Virus record (IMG/VR): IMGVR_UViG_3300011116_001227
Strand: one strand, 5' to 3'
Length of the DNA: 64,000 nt
Origin: a virus
Lineage: Duplodnaviria > Caudoviricetes
The notes under the pieces were generated by a model. That model did no database searches. It was given only the letters and a program-made list of their open reading frames with translations, and was not told where the DNA came from. Made by a program: the position numbers and the translations under genes. Positions 55,504 through 64,000 of this stretch are shown here, one piece after another (position 1 is the first letter of the stretch; each line of letters begins with the position of its first letter).

Positions 55504-56148
55504 TCATTTACCATGGGGCTTATTTTCTTGAACACCTTGTGGGGTCACTGTGACAAATCTAGCCTTACCCCGCAACTCCCTGATGGTCCGGGCTCCTGAA
55601 TAGGATAACCCGGACCGAATTCCGTCTAGCATCTCTGTTATCGTTGTCCTCATGGATCCCTTGTAAGAAATCATTGTCGATTCACCTTCGACGACTGAAA
55701 CACGGCCTCTCCAACTCATCTGAGCTTCCTTCGAAGCCATGCCTCGGAACTTCTTAAACAATGGAACACCGGCATGAGGCTTGGTCTTATATGTCATGCC
55801 CTTTTCATCCACAAGCTCACCTGGGGATTCATCATGACCGGCAAGGATCGAACCTAACATGAGCATGTCGGCTCCGGCTGCCAAAGCCTTTACAGCATCT
55901 CCGCTATTCCTAATTCCACCGTCAGCAATAAGGTAGACATCCCTATCTGACTTGCCACAATCCATCACAGACTGCAGGGTTGGAATTCCATGTCCTGTAC
56001 GGATCCGAGTAGAACACATGGAATTGTGAACAACATATCCTTCTGCAACATATGAGCTATTGTCTTCAACAGTAAGGTCATGAACTTTATGACCTTCACT
56101 ATGGAATGTTTCAACACTTTTGACAGAATGCAGTTTGAATTTTTTCAT
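55504..56148 (-). CDS. split intein C-fragment (42 aa) fused to the IMPDH/GMP-reductase C-terminal half
   Basis: MKKF...VHDLTVEDNSSYVAEGYVVHN then SMCSTR (catalytic Cys), ADGGIRNSGD, MLGSILAG, FRGMAS. Confidence 0.92.
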   Translation of the reverse strand: MKKFKLHSVKSVETFHSEGHKVHDLTVEDNSSYVAEGYVVHNSMCSTRIRTGHGIPTLQSVMDCGKSDRDVYLIADGGIRNSGDAVKALAAGADMLMLGSILAGHDESPGELVDEKGMTYKTKPHAGVPLFKKFRGMASKEAQMSWRGRVSVVEGESTMISYKGSMRTTITEMLDGIRSGLSYSGARTIRELRGKARFVTVTPQGVQENKPHGK

Positions 56149-57217
56149 ATGTTTCTTTTATCAGTTGAATTGCTTTTTCAAAATCAACTTTTCTCAGTTT
56201 ATCTTCTTTTATTCTAACAAGATGATATCCATTGTTCATTGCAATCTTGTTTTTTATAAGATCTGTTTTTCCATCAGATTTTTCTTTGTGAAAATAATAA
56301 CCATCATACTCAACAAGAAGCTTTTCACCGACCAAAATATCAAAAACCCTACCCCGGAGAGGGAATTGGCTTTTTACATTATCATTTCCAAATTCGTCAA
56401 CACACATTTGGAAAAGTTTAAGCTCTGGTGCAGAAATAACTTTTTCATATTTTCCTTTTAAGAAAATATCTTTTATTTCTTGTTTCGATTTAATGCCATG
56501 ATATAAAGCTAACTTTTTTAATGTTCTTACATCAATTCCACAGTCTTTCTTTAAGTCTGCAACTCCATATCCAAATTTAGAGTTTTTTGAGTAACACTCA
56601 AGTAGATTACAAATCTTCTCTTTTGTCAACCCAACCTCTTCATATTTTTTGATGGTCAAAAATTTATGATTTTTAGCATGCCAATCCTTACGGCTTTTAT
56701 TAGCTTTTTCTATAGACTCTTTAGAATGTTTTTTTCCATAAAATCCATTCTTCGAACCCATACAAACATCACTCATGTTTTTTGAATAATTGTCTTTAAT
56801 TTTTTCAAATTCTTCTTGAGAATATTTCTCTTTCCAAATTTCCTGGATCGGCTTTCCATACATCGGGTTTTTATTACCCGAATATTTCTCAGATCTGCTT
56901 TTTTTATAATCTTTTAGCCAGTCAGGATCAACACTTTCTGACCATTTTTTGCCATAAAACGGATTTTTTTCTCCAATTTTATTACAACTCTGACATGACC
57001 AACTTTTAGTATACAAAAATGTGTTAAAAAATTTTCTTGATTCTTTTAGTTTATCACATTGAACACAAAAAATTTGATAACACGAAATTTGTTTCTTGTC
57101 AAACTTTTTTTGACATTCCGTAATAAAAAAACATTTTCTTCCTTGTTTTTCTAGTCCGACAACTCTATATTGATTATCTCCAACAAAAACTATTCTTTTT
57201 GAAAATTCTTGGTGCAT
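56111..57217 (-). mobile_element. free-standing Vsr/DUF559-like homing endonuclease inside the fractured IMPDH gene
   Basis: NPFYGKK/NPMYGK/NGFYGKKH NUMOD3-like repeats; C-terminal SAPE...FDI...VEYDGYYFH...D...GY.LVRI.E; markedly AT-rich. Confidence 0.8.
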
Positions 57218-57250
57218 AAGGTTTCACCCCCTATGCCTAAATATATCGAA

Positions 57251-58153
57251 TCAAATAATCTCTACTAAGGAATAGTTTTCATTTAAATCGGCAGCAGGAA
57301 TCCATTTCGCGAATTCATGAATATTTTCATCATTGACATTGGGAATATCTTTGTTTTCAACCACATATATTTCATGATTTAGAGTACATGTTAATGAATT
57401 GTTAATCTTTACAAGAAGATCTGCAAAAGGTCTTTCAAAAAGATTGATTACTTCTTTTACTTCACCTGTGTGAGTTAAAACAGAGTCACCAACTTTCACA
57501 GTCTCAATTGATTTTTTCGTACCATCGGACATAGTAATTGAAGTTCCAGGAATAAAACACCCGCCCCCGACACCGACGCGGATCGATGAAGAACCCCAAT
57601 CAGCAAGGTCATTGAATGCCTCCAGGGTAGCAACGTTTCCGGTCATGATGTGAATATCATTCCCGAACTTGTTCCTCATCAACGTCAATGCAGATTTCAC
57701 GGATGAATGATGGCCGTGGGCGACATCAATACAGAAAGCTTGACATCCGACGTTGTGAAGAGCAGTGGCCCTTTCTAGAAAATCTCCAGTTGCACCAACG
57801 GCAATCATAACATTTGGAATCATTCTTTCAGGTGTCACCCTTAACTCGTTGACCTTGAGGAATGCCTTGACCGCTTCATCGATCGTACAATACCGATGAA
57901 GAATACCAAAGCCACCCAACTCATCAAGCAGAGCGGCGGCAGTTGGACCTATGACAGTATCCATCGGAGATCCTACGATCGGACAAGAAAGAACTGGGTG
58001 TGTCGGGGTCAGGCTTGCCGTGGTCTCATCTAGGCCGGTAACACTAAGATTCACATTTGAACGTGTCTCAATATCAGAATACTGAGGAGTCAAAAGGACA
58101 TCATCAAAACAGAGAGTTCGCTGCATGCCTCGATCGTACTCCAAAAGAGGCAT
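57251..58153 (-). CDS. IMPDH/GMP-reductase N-terminal half fused to a split intein N-fragment (102 aa, 57251..57559)
   Basis: FDDVLL, SPMDTV, IDVAHG, GNVAT, RVGVGGG then CFIPGT...TLNH...WIPAADL; no CBS domain. Confidence 0.92.
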   Translation of the reverse strand: MPLLEYDRGMQRTLCFDDVLLTPQYSDIETRSNVNLSVTGLDETTASLTPTHPVLSCPIVGSPMDTVIGPTAAALLDELGGFGILHRYCTIDEAVKAFLKVNELRVTPERMIPNVMIAVGATGDFLERATALHNVGCQAFCIDVAHGHHSSVKSALTLMRNKFGNDIHIMTGNVATLEAFNDLADWGSSSIRVGVGGGCFIPGTSITMSDGTKKSIETVKVGDSVLTHTGEVKEVINLFERPFADLLVKINNSLTCTLNHEIYVVENKDIPNVNDENIHEFAKWIPAADLNENYSLVEII

Positions 58154-58171
58154 GCTTTACAAACTAAAAGT

Positions 58172-58774
58172 TCACTGATCTTCTTCTGTCGAATCTGTTT
58201 CAGAAACGAATCCCCAGTCACCGCGCATCCAAGCTCTCATTTCCTCTTGGGTGACACGTGCATGAGCCTCATTGAGGTTATTGGACTTACGATTGCGAGA
58301 TTCCCCAACTGGCATATCCATTCCGGCAGGCTCGACTGCAGCTGGAGCTTCTTGATAGGATCTCATCTTCTCATCGCCCATGAGGTAACCATGGACATGT
58401 TGAAGATCGTTATGCGAAGTTGCCACAAGGTCCTGAACCCATCCAGGAAGCTGGTCTTCAGAGTCGAGAAGTTCACAAATGTCACCGGCCATCTGTTTCA
58501 TGGAAGCCATACGAGACTTGACCATGTATCCTTCATCATCGTGAGGATGGCCTTCGTCTGAACCATGGAGGAATTCCTGATGATCGTGTCCAGGTTCTGG
58601 CATTGAATCACCGGAGACGTAACCCCAGTCACCTTTCTTCCATGCAGCGACTTCATCCTCAGTGATTCGAGTCATGGCCTCGGAAAGTTTCTTCTTGCCT
58701 GAAGTAGCCTTTTTGACTTCTTCACGAACGATGTTACGTAATTGTGCTGGTGTTAGTTTCATGTTGTTCCTCAT
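58172..58774 (-). CDS. putative virion protein with MKLT leader; paralog core of 7579..7953
   Basis: MKLTPAQLRNIVREE; EGYMVKSRM...DQLPGWVQD; duplicated LxEA..R.T.EE..AW..GDWG.VS. Confidence 0.65.
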   Translation of the reverse strand: MRNNMKLTPAQLRNIVREEVKKATSGKKKLSEAMTRITEDEVAAWKKGDWGYVSGDSMPEPGHDHQEFLHGSDEGHPHDDEGYMVKSRMASMKQMAGDICELLDSEDQLPGWVQDLVATSHNDLQHVHGYLMGDEKMRSYQEAPAAVEPAGMDMPVGESRNRKSNNLNEAHARVTQEEMRAWMRGDWGFVSETDSTEEDQ

Positions 58775-59010
58775 GGTCTTGGCGGGTAGATACCATCGAC
58801 GCAGATTATTGTCTTTAATCCATTAATGTCTGCAATCTTTGGAAGATTGAAAGTATGGACACCGTCTCCACCAAATCTATTTCCGAGTAGAGAGAACAAG
58901 GCTGCATACTGTTGTGTTTGTAATGTAGAACCGTCACAAGGCATCCAACCCTGAGGAACGAAGTTTCCTGCGAAGTACATGATTGTTGCTAACATTGGAT
59001 CCATAGTCAA
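58771..59010 (-). CDS. phage tail collar domain protein
   Basis: FAGNFVPQGWMPCDG..L...QYAALFSLLG.RFGGDG..TF.LP. Confidence 0.85.
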   Translation of the reverse strand: MTMDPMLATIMYFAGNFVPQGWMPCDGSTLQTQQYAALFSLLGNRFGGDGVHTFNLPKIADINGLKTIICVDGIYPPRP

Positions 59011-59014
59011 TTCC

Positions 59015-59569
59015 TCAGATTAGTGGCTTAGAGATTCTCTGCTTCAAGAGATAAACATGTCCCTCGTGTCTGTCTTCGATTCCTGCAAGCATATTGTCGA
59101 GGCCATGTGTCATCATCCCGTACTCTCTAATCGATTCGCAGATTTGCTTCATTGTTGAGAGAAAATTTAACTCTGCAGACAAAGATTTTCGTGCAAGATC
59201 AGATTCTCGAGGAATTGTAGATGCAGATCCGAGTCCTGTGATTAATTTAAGAAGCTGTGAATGTTGTAATTGAAGATCAACATTTGCAGTGCATCCAAGA
59301 CCAATCGCTTTTTCTGCAAGACCATCGATCTCATTGACTGTAGCTTCGTAAAGACGTTGAAACAAGAGATGATCTCCGTAAAAGGGATCACCCATTGCAG
59401 TCCAGTGGTGATTCTGATGAAGAGCGTAGAGATACTTTAAATGAACAATTGCAACAGAGATCTGTGGATAAGGAATTCCTCCCCACTCTGCAATCATATT
59501 ATCAGTCAGAATGTTAAGATTGGGCTCAACTGTTATAACAAACGTTGCATTCTCTTTAAGGTCTCTCAT
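59015..59569 (-). CDS. Dps/ferritin-like protein
   Basis: HQNHHW...FYGDHLLFQRLYE...IDGLAEKAIGLG. Confidence 0.75.
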   Translation of the reverse strand: MRDLKENATFVITVEPNLNILTDNMIAEWGGIPYPQISVAIVHLKYLYALHQNHHWTAMGDPFYGDHLLFQRLYEATVNEIDGLAEKAIGLGCTANVDLQLQHSQLLKLITGLGSASTIPRESDLARKSLSAELNFLSTMKQICESIREYGMMTHGLDNMLAGIEDRHEGHVYLLKQRISKPLI

Positions 59570-60699
59570 TTTTTCACCAATGCAAATTCAATAGCTGTGT
59601 CTAATCCATAAGTCCAGTCGATTCTCGAATTAGCTCCGCGGAATACAGCTCTATTGTTCCAACCTTGAACATACTTGTCTAATGCTTTTTCAGAAGAAGA
59701 AGTCCACGTTGTTCCTCGTGGTAGGCGACCAGAAGTAGGAACAGAGGCTTCCTGCAGTTCACCTGTTTCTTCATCAATAATTTCTTGAATTATTGTATGC
59801 TTGATTTTAAAAAGATTTTCTGCAGCTTCTACGATTGAAGATCTCGTGCTGTTTTCTAGCATCTGACTTACTGGATCTGTGAAGAATTCTTCTTCTAGAA
59901 TTGGCATTACTTTAGTTTCTTCTTCTGTAGATTCGTTCAGTAAATTGTGATGAATGGATTTGAAGTATGATTCTTCAAGAACTCCGCCAGAGCCGACAAG
60001 GATGTCAACCTCTTGACGAAGCTTCATAGGATCAATCTTCACTCCGCTAGTAGCATAAATGCTTGAGCATAATCTCGAGACAGCGAGGACCTTCCAGTTG
60101 CCGTCAAATCTACCCTTATGATCATCATAAATCTTCTTGGCAGTCTTCTTGTACCACGCATCAGTGAGGTCTTCATCGCCGTAACCATCGAGAACTTCGC
60201 TGATAGGACCGTCTCCATAAATGTCGAATTTGCTATCGAATTCTTTGGGATCAGGAATACCGGCTTCAAAAAGTTTTTTGGATTTCGCTATTGTTGCTAA
60301 CTGATCGTCTGATGGAAATCTTGATAGAACTTCAGACAACTGAACGTAAGTTAATCTTTTGGCAACAGCACAACGAATACTCGAGTCTTTGTCAGACAAG
60401 AACTTAATTGCATATTTTTCAGGTAATAAACGTGCAGCAAGTTTTCTTGCTTCTTTGTTCGTATCTGCAGCTGCTAGAAGAGTTGAAACTTTGATAGAAC
60501 CCACGGGAAGATCAATTCCTCGAGATTCCATCACACTCAACTTGTCGTTCGCAGCAATAAAAATTTGACGAGGATCATTCGACACCTCAACAGACGGACC
60601 AAAAACTTGAGAGACTTCGCGAGCTAACTGAAGAGCAGATTTCTCTTTCTTCATAGCTTCTTTAACGATTCCCTGTAGCTTCTTTAGCTTAAGTTGCAT
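59566..60699 (-). CDS. putative virion protein with leader variant and LRV/HEAT-like repeat
   Basis: KLQGIVKEA; DKDSSIRCAVAKRL; LFEA and LLNES sites. Confidence 0.55.
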   Translation of the reverse strand: MQLKLKKLQGIVKEAMKKEKSALQLAREVSQVFGPSVEVSNDPRQIFIAANDKLSVMESRGIDLPVGSIKVSTLLAAADTNKEARKLAARLLPEKYAIKFLSDKDSSIRCAVAKRLTYVQLSEVLSRFPSDDQLATIAKSKKLFEAGIPDPKEFDSKFDIYGDGPISEVLDGYGDEDLTDAWYKKTAKKIYDDHKGRFDGNWKVLAVSRLCSSIYATSGVKIDPMKLRQEVDILVGSGGVLEESYFKSIHHNLLNESTEEETKVMPILEEEFFTDPVSQMLENSTRSSIVEAAENLFKIKHTIIQEIIDEETGELQEASVPTSGRLPRGTTWTSSSEKALDKYVQGWNNRAVFRGANSRIDWTYGLDTAIEFALVKK

Positions 60700-60751
60700 T
60701 CTAAAGACACTCCTAATTGCTAAATATCAATCAACTCAAAAGGTTGAAAAA

Positions 60752-60946
60752 TTAGTCTAGCTTCATATCCTTTAGCCACTTTTTTATCGCAGCTTTCCAT
60801 TCGTCTTTGACGTAGACGCTTTTGCTATTAAATGAAGGATCATCTATCAGTTTTTTATTATACGCTTCTTCAGGATGAGATCCTCCACGCACAGTTTCTT
60901 TTATGATTTGTCTGATGACAATTCTCAATAATTCGTGACTGTGCAT
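60752..60946 (-). CDS. small protein with leader variant
   Basis: LLRIVIRQIIKET. Confidence 0.5.
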   Translation of the reverse strand: MHSHELLRIVIRQIIKETVRGGSHPEEAYNKKLIDDPSFNSKSVYVKDEWKAAIKKWLKDMKLD

Positions 60947-60960
60947 AGAGTGTTAATTAT

Positions 60961-61533
60961 CTAGGTTTTCTTCAAGAAATACTTCCAATCATTATGCCAC
61001 TCAAAATTTTTCTTTTGAACATCCCAAAAATGATGCATTTTTGGAGAAGTTGGATTTTTTAGAAGTGTTAAGCCTGAATCGCTAAGAGATCTAGATCCTT
61101 TCTTCATGTTGCATCTCTTACAAGATGTCACACAATTTTTCCAAGATCTTGGTCCTCCGCGTGTCTTTGGAATAATATGATCGATGGTGACTGTGTCGTC
61201 ATCAAGATCAATTCCGCAATATTGACACTGCCAATCATCTCTGTTAAACAGTGCTTTTCTTCTAAATCGAGGAATCACATTGACGACTGGCACTCTTTTC
61301 TTCAAACGAAGCGTTGCGGGTGCTTTAAATTCTTTTGTAGGCGTAGAATAAGTGACATCCCATAGACTTGGGCCGTCTATAGAAACAATCTCAGCTCTAC
61401 ATCTAAATAACAAAACTAACGCTCGCGTTGGAGAAACAAAATTTAATGGCGTGTAATCGTCGTTGAGCAAGAGTGACAGTTTCATTGTCTGCGCCCGGAT
61501 TCGTCTTAAATAATTAGAACGTAAGAATGACAT
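60961..61533 (-). CDS. HNH endonuclease (McrA-like)
   Basis: LLLNDDYTPL N-terminus; RDDWQCQYCG, TIDHIIPKTRGG, NCVTSCKRCN..KG. Confidence 0.88.
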   Translation of the reverse strand: MSFLRSNYLRRIRAQTMKLSLLLNDDYTPLNFVSPTRALVLLFRCRAEIVSIDGPSLWDVTYSTPTKEFKAPATLRLKKRVPVVNVIPRFRRKALFNRDDWQCQYCGIDLDDDTVTIDHIIPKTRGGPRSWKNCVTSCKRCNMKKGSRSLSDSGLTLLKNPTSPKMHHFWDVQKKNFEWHNDWKYFLKKT

Positions 61534-61534
61534 T

Positions 61535-62314
61535 TTATTTTAAAGATTCAACAATCTTATCGTAATACACAGGATCTTTTTCTACAAGAATAAATTTTCG
61601 TCCTAAAGCTCTGGCTGAATGACCAGTCGATCCACTGCCCGCAAAGATGTCAACAACAATGTCTCCTGGATCTGTGTGAATTTCGATAGGAATCTGAGCT
61701 AGCTTCTCAGGCTTCTGCGTGGGGTGAATCTTTCCTCTAAAAATCTCTGTAATATCAGTCCAAACATTTGTTCTACGATAGAATTCGCTCTTTGCTGGAT
61801 ACTTCTTGTTGTAACCAGCATAACCTCTTTTATCATCAAGATACGGTACATTAAATTTTCGAGGTCTATCAGCTCTACCTTTAACGAAATAAGCAAGCTC
61901 TTCTCGCGTAAAGATGTAGTTTCTAGGAACGCCATACGCTCTCTTCTTTTTCCAAGTAATTAAATTTGCAAGTTGAAAATTTTCTGATTCAACATCAAGC
62001 ATGTACTGAAAAAATGGACGGAAATTCTTTTTGCCAACTCCACCCCAGACATAAAAACTTCCACCTTCAATTAAAATATCAGACCAAATTTTGGTCCACT
62101 CGACCATCCATGCAGAGAATTGCTTCTCGTTAAGTTTAGTCTTGTCCCATTTCTCATCTAAAATATTCCCATAAGGTGGGTCTGTAAAGATCAAAGCTGC
62201 TTGTTTTTGATCTTGACCTTGCAAGTACAATTTTACTTCATTAATGACGTCAGGATCTGTACAGTCTCCATTAATACAAAGTCCATCATTAAAAATATCT
62301 TTTCTTGAAAACAT
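61535..62314 (-). CDS. DNA N6-adenine/N4-cytosine methyltransferase (beta class)
   Basis: TDPPY before DIFAGSGST; HPTQKP. Confidence 0.9.
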   Translation of the reverse strand: MFSRKDIFNDGLCINGDCTDPDVINEVKLYLQGQDQKQAALIFTDPPYGNILDEKWDKTKLNEKQFSAWMVEWTKIWSDILIEGGSFYVWGGVGKKNFRPFFQYMLDVESENFQLANLITWKKKRAYGVPRNYIFTREELAYFVKGRADRPRKFNVPYLDDKRGYAGYNKKYPAKSEFYRRTNVWTDITEIFRGKIHPTQKPEKLAQIPIEIHTDPGDIVVDIFAGSGSTGHSARALGRKFILVEKDPVYYDKIVESLK

Positions 62315-62317
62315 AAA

Positions 62318-62346
62318 CGCCCAGCATCATTGTAACATGCTGGGCG
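62318..62346. terminator. GC-rich hairpin immediately upstream of the MTase start
   Basis: CGCCCAGCAT / ATGCTGGGCG perfect 10-bp arms; the minus strand continues TTT-ATG-TTTT. Confidence 0.6.
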
Positions 62347-62368
62347 CTTGAAGTATCAACTAGATTGA

Positions 62369-63571
62369 TCAGGCAGCGATTTTCACTGATTTAAATTTAT
62401 CAATTGTGTCGATGACTGTAGCAAGAATGTCGTCGTCAGCTTCTTCAGGTTTAATAACTGCTCTAACATCTTTAAACGCTTGACCGAACGCTTTTTTGAC
62501 TGCTTCTGTTGGCTTCGCATCTGGCTTAGATTTGTCACCTTCTGTTGGCTTCGCTTCAGGTACAGCCTCAACGGTCTTTTCAACTTCTTTCTTATCTTCT
62601 TTGGGATTCTTCTTTTCAAATGAAGATATCAATTCTTTCTTTGCGGCTTTTGTCAATCCTTGTTTCCCGATCGACTTCATTCGAAGATTTAGAGCGTCTA
62701 TTGTCTTCAGCTCGCCGGATTCAATTGCGGCAAGAACTTTATCAAATTTAGCTTTGTCAAATTCACGTTCAACAAGAAGCGACTCATTTAGACCTGAAAG
62801 TTTCTGCCATCTGTTCATAATATCAATCTGATCGTTTAAGTATTTGGCTTCATTGATCACATTTATCAATCCTAAACGTGTAAGCGGTCTACGATTCTCT
62901 AGCTTAAGATGTCCTTTATCGATAAGTGCTCTAACGACCTTGGTAGCAACGCTACCATCAACACTAGCAAGATTTCCAATTGCATTTCCAAGAACACTTG
63001 AAAGTGCAGCAATGTCGGGCTTCTTCTTCTCGAGTTCTGCAGCAACTGCTTCTTCTGGCTTTCCTGTGGCATCAGCAACAAGAGCCGCAGCAGCAGCAGG
63101 ATTAGAGCTTATTGTTGCTGTGCTGATTGTTGTGCCTGGCTCTGCGCCAGTACCTGCTGAAGAAGTCTCTCCACCACTTTCGCCTGATTTGGCAGCTTTC
63201 TCTGCATCATCAATCTCTTTCGGTGTTGTGCCGACTGAATTAAGAAGACCCATCAGAGTCTCATTAACAACCTGTTCGACGTCTATTCCTTCTACAGATC
63301 CTGCGTATTTTCTGAGTGAATCAACAATGTCTTTCAAACCTTTTTGAGCTTGTGGCAAATACGAGCTAAATGCTTTAGATGACGACGCTTTTTTAAAAGC
63401 TTCGCTGCCGGGTCCTATTCCACCGAAAAAACCCTTCACCTTAGAGACAAGCTTGTCAATAATTCCGCCTGCTTCAACAAGCATCTCATACTCATTTCGA
63501 GTAATCTTTTCTTCAAGAAGCGCTTGATAAGCTCCATAGCGATAAGAATTTTTTAATTTTTCTAATGACAT
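62369..63571 (-). CDS. hypothetical (putative virion) protein
   Basis: About 400 aa, Ala/Glu/Lys-rich; LLEE, LVEA and LNES sites; ATG 63571 preferred. Confidence 0.55.
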   Translation of the reverse strand: MSLEKLKNSYRYGAYQALLEEKITRNEYEMLVEAGGIIDKLVSKVKGFFGGIGPGSEAFKKASSSKAFSSYLPQAQKGLKDIVDSLRKYAGSVEGIDVEQVVNETLMGLLNSVGTTPKEIDDAEKAAKSGESGGETSSAGTGAEPGTTISTATISSNPAAAAALVADATGKPEEAVAAELEKKKPDIAALSSVLGNAIGNLASVDGSVATKVVRALIDKGHLKLENRRPLTRLGLINVINEAKYLNDQIDIMNRWQKLSGLNESLLVEREFDKAKFDKVLAAIESGELKTIDALNLRMKSIGKQGLTKAAKKELISSFEKKNPKEDKKEVEKTVEAVPEAKPTEGDKSKPDAKPTEAVKKAFGQAFKDVRAVIKPEEADDDILATVIDTIDKFKSVKIAA

Positions 63572-63629
63572 TTTTAATACACTACCCCTGTTCAATGTTT
63601 TTAAATATTACAATGAATTCACTAGAAAT

Positions 63630-63660
63630 AAAAAAAGCGACACATCGCTGTATCGCTTTC
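63630..63660 (-). terminator. intrinsic terminator after hsp20
   Basis: Minus strand AAAGCGATACA-GCGA-TGTGTCGCTTT plus T-run. Confidence 0.7.
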
Positions 63661-63682
63661 TTGAGCATCAATAGAATTTAAC

Positions 63683-64000
63683 TTACTTTACAACAATAGT
63701 CTTAGAACCTGATTCTGATAATTTTCTAAAATTTAACGAGAGCACACCATCTTCTAGCTTTGCTTCTGGATCATCTGCACTAAAATCTTTAGAAATTTTA
63801 TAAGAAATAGAAATATCTTCTTGATCTCTCTTTCCCTTTATACGCAGTGTTCTATCAGATACTTCTACTTTAAGATCTTCTTTCTTAACGCCTGGTAAAT
63901 CTACCTTTAGTACGAGTCCTGCGTCATTCGTTGTGACATTGTAATTGACTCTACTATGAAGAGTTGAGCCCGACCGAGGTCGTGCAACGTCAGAAAAAAT
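63683..64000 (-). CDS. small heat-shock protein Hsp20 (5' end outside window)
   Basis: Hand translation VDLPGVKKEDLKVEV...LRIKG...AKLEDGVLSL. Confidence 0.88.
   Translation of the reverse strand: MFSDVARPRSGSTLHSRVNYNVTTNDAGLVLKVDLPGVKKEDLKVEVSDRTLRIKGKRDQEDISISYKISKDFSADDPEAKLEDGVLSLNFRKLSESGSKTIVVK

Noticed and set aside
56111-57250. Group I intron interrupting IMPDH
   Set aside because: Both flanks carry clear intein halves with their own stop and start codons, which explains the break at protein level.
1-64000. Alternative genetic code (stop-codon reassignment) as seen in some huge phages
   Set aside because: Conserved genes (dnaE, groEL, prkA) are full length under code 11, and genes end in TAA, TAG and TGA.
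1-64000. tRNA, rRNA or CRISPR arrays
   Set aside because: No cloverleaf/T-loop context or regularly spaced repeats found by eye; a tRNAscan run would be needed to exclude tRNAs fully.
1-64000. Eukaryotic giant virus or cellular chromosome origin
   Set aside because: Bacterial-type dnaE, IF-1, GroEL, GT51 and tail-collar genes with dense tiny ORFs and homing endonucleases fit a large bacteriophage; there are no ribosomal operons.

Overview
This 64 kb window looks like part of a large (jumbo/huge) bacteriophage genome using the standard bacterial code. It is AT-rich and gene-dense, and I found no rRNA, tRNA or CRISPR. It carries bacterial-type dnaE (with a mini-intein), groEL, infA, a complete YeaH-SpoVR-PrkA module, a GT51 peptidoglycan transglycosylase, Fe/Mn SOD, Dps, Hsp20, DNA repair glycosylases, tail-fibre/tail-collar genes and several free-standing homing endonucleases. 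Main points of interest: (1) ten or more unrelated ORFs share an N-terminal helix MK(I/L)TxxQLRxIIxEE followed by L/I-x-E sites, a candidate capsid-targeting and protease-cleaved leader grafted onto different cargo domains; (2) a nucleotide-metabolism block around dnaE contains a dNMP kinase fused to a thymidylate-synthase-like domain with the cytosine-type Asp, a ThyX homolog with a remodelled active site, an NDT-family hydrolase, two all-alpha NTP pyrophosphatases, dCMP deaminase, TK and three NDP-sugar epimerases, which together suggest an uncharacterised pyrimidine modification pathway; (3) an IMPDH/GMPR gene is fractured into two ORFs joined by a naturally split intein with an endonuclease gene between them; (4) an Fpg/Nei gene appears to start at ATC behind a Shine-Dalgarno at the end of a homing endonuclease gene; (5) there are about 15 tiny SH3/KOW-like ORFs and two recurring promoter-like motifs. 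All calls come from motif recognition by eye; no database searches were run.
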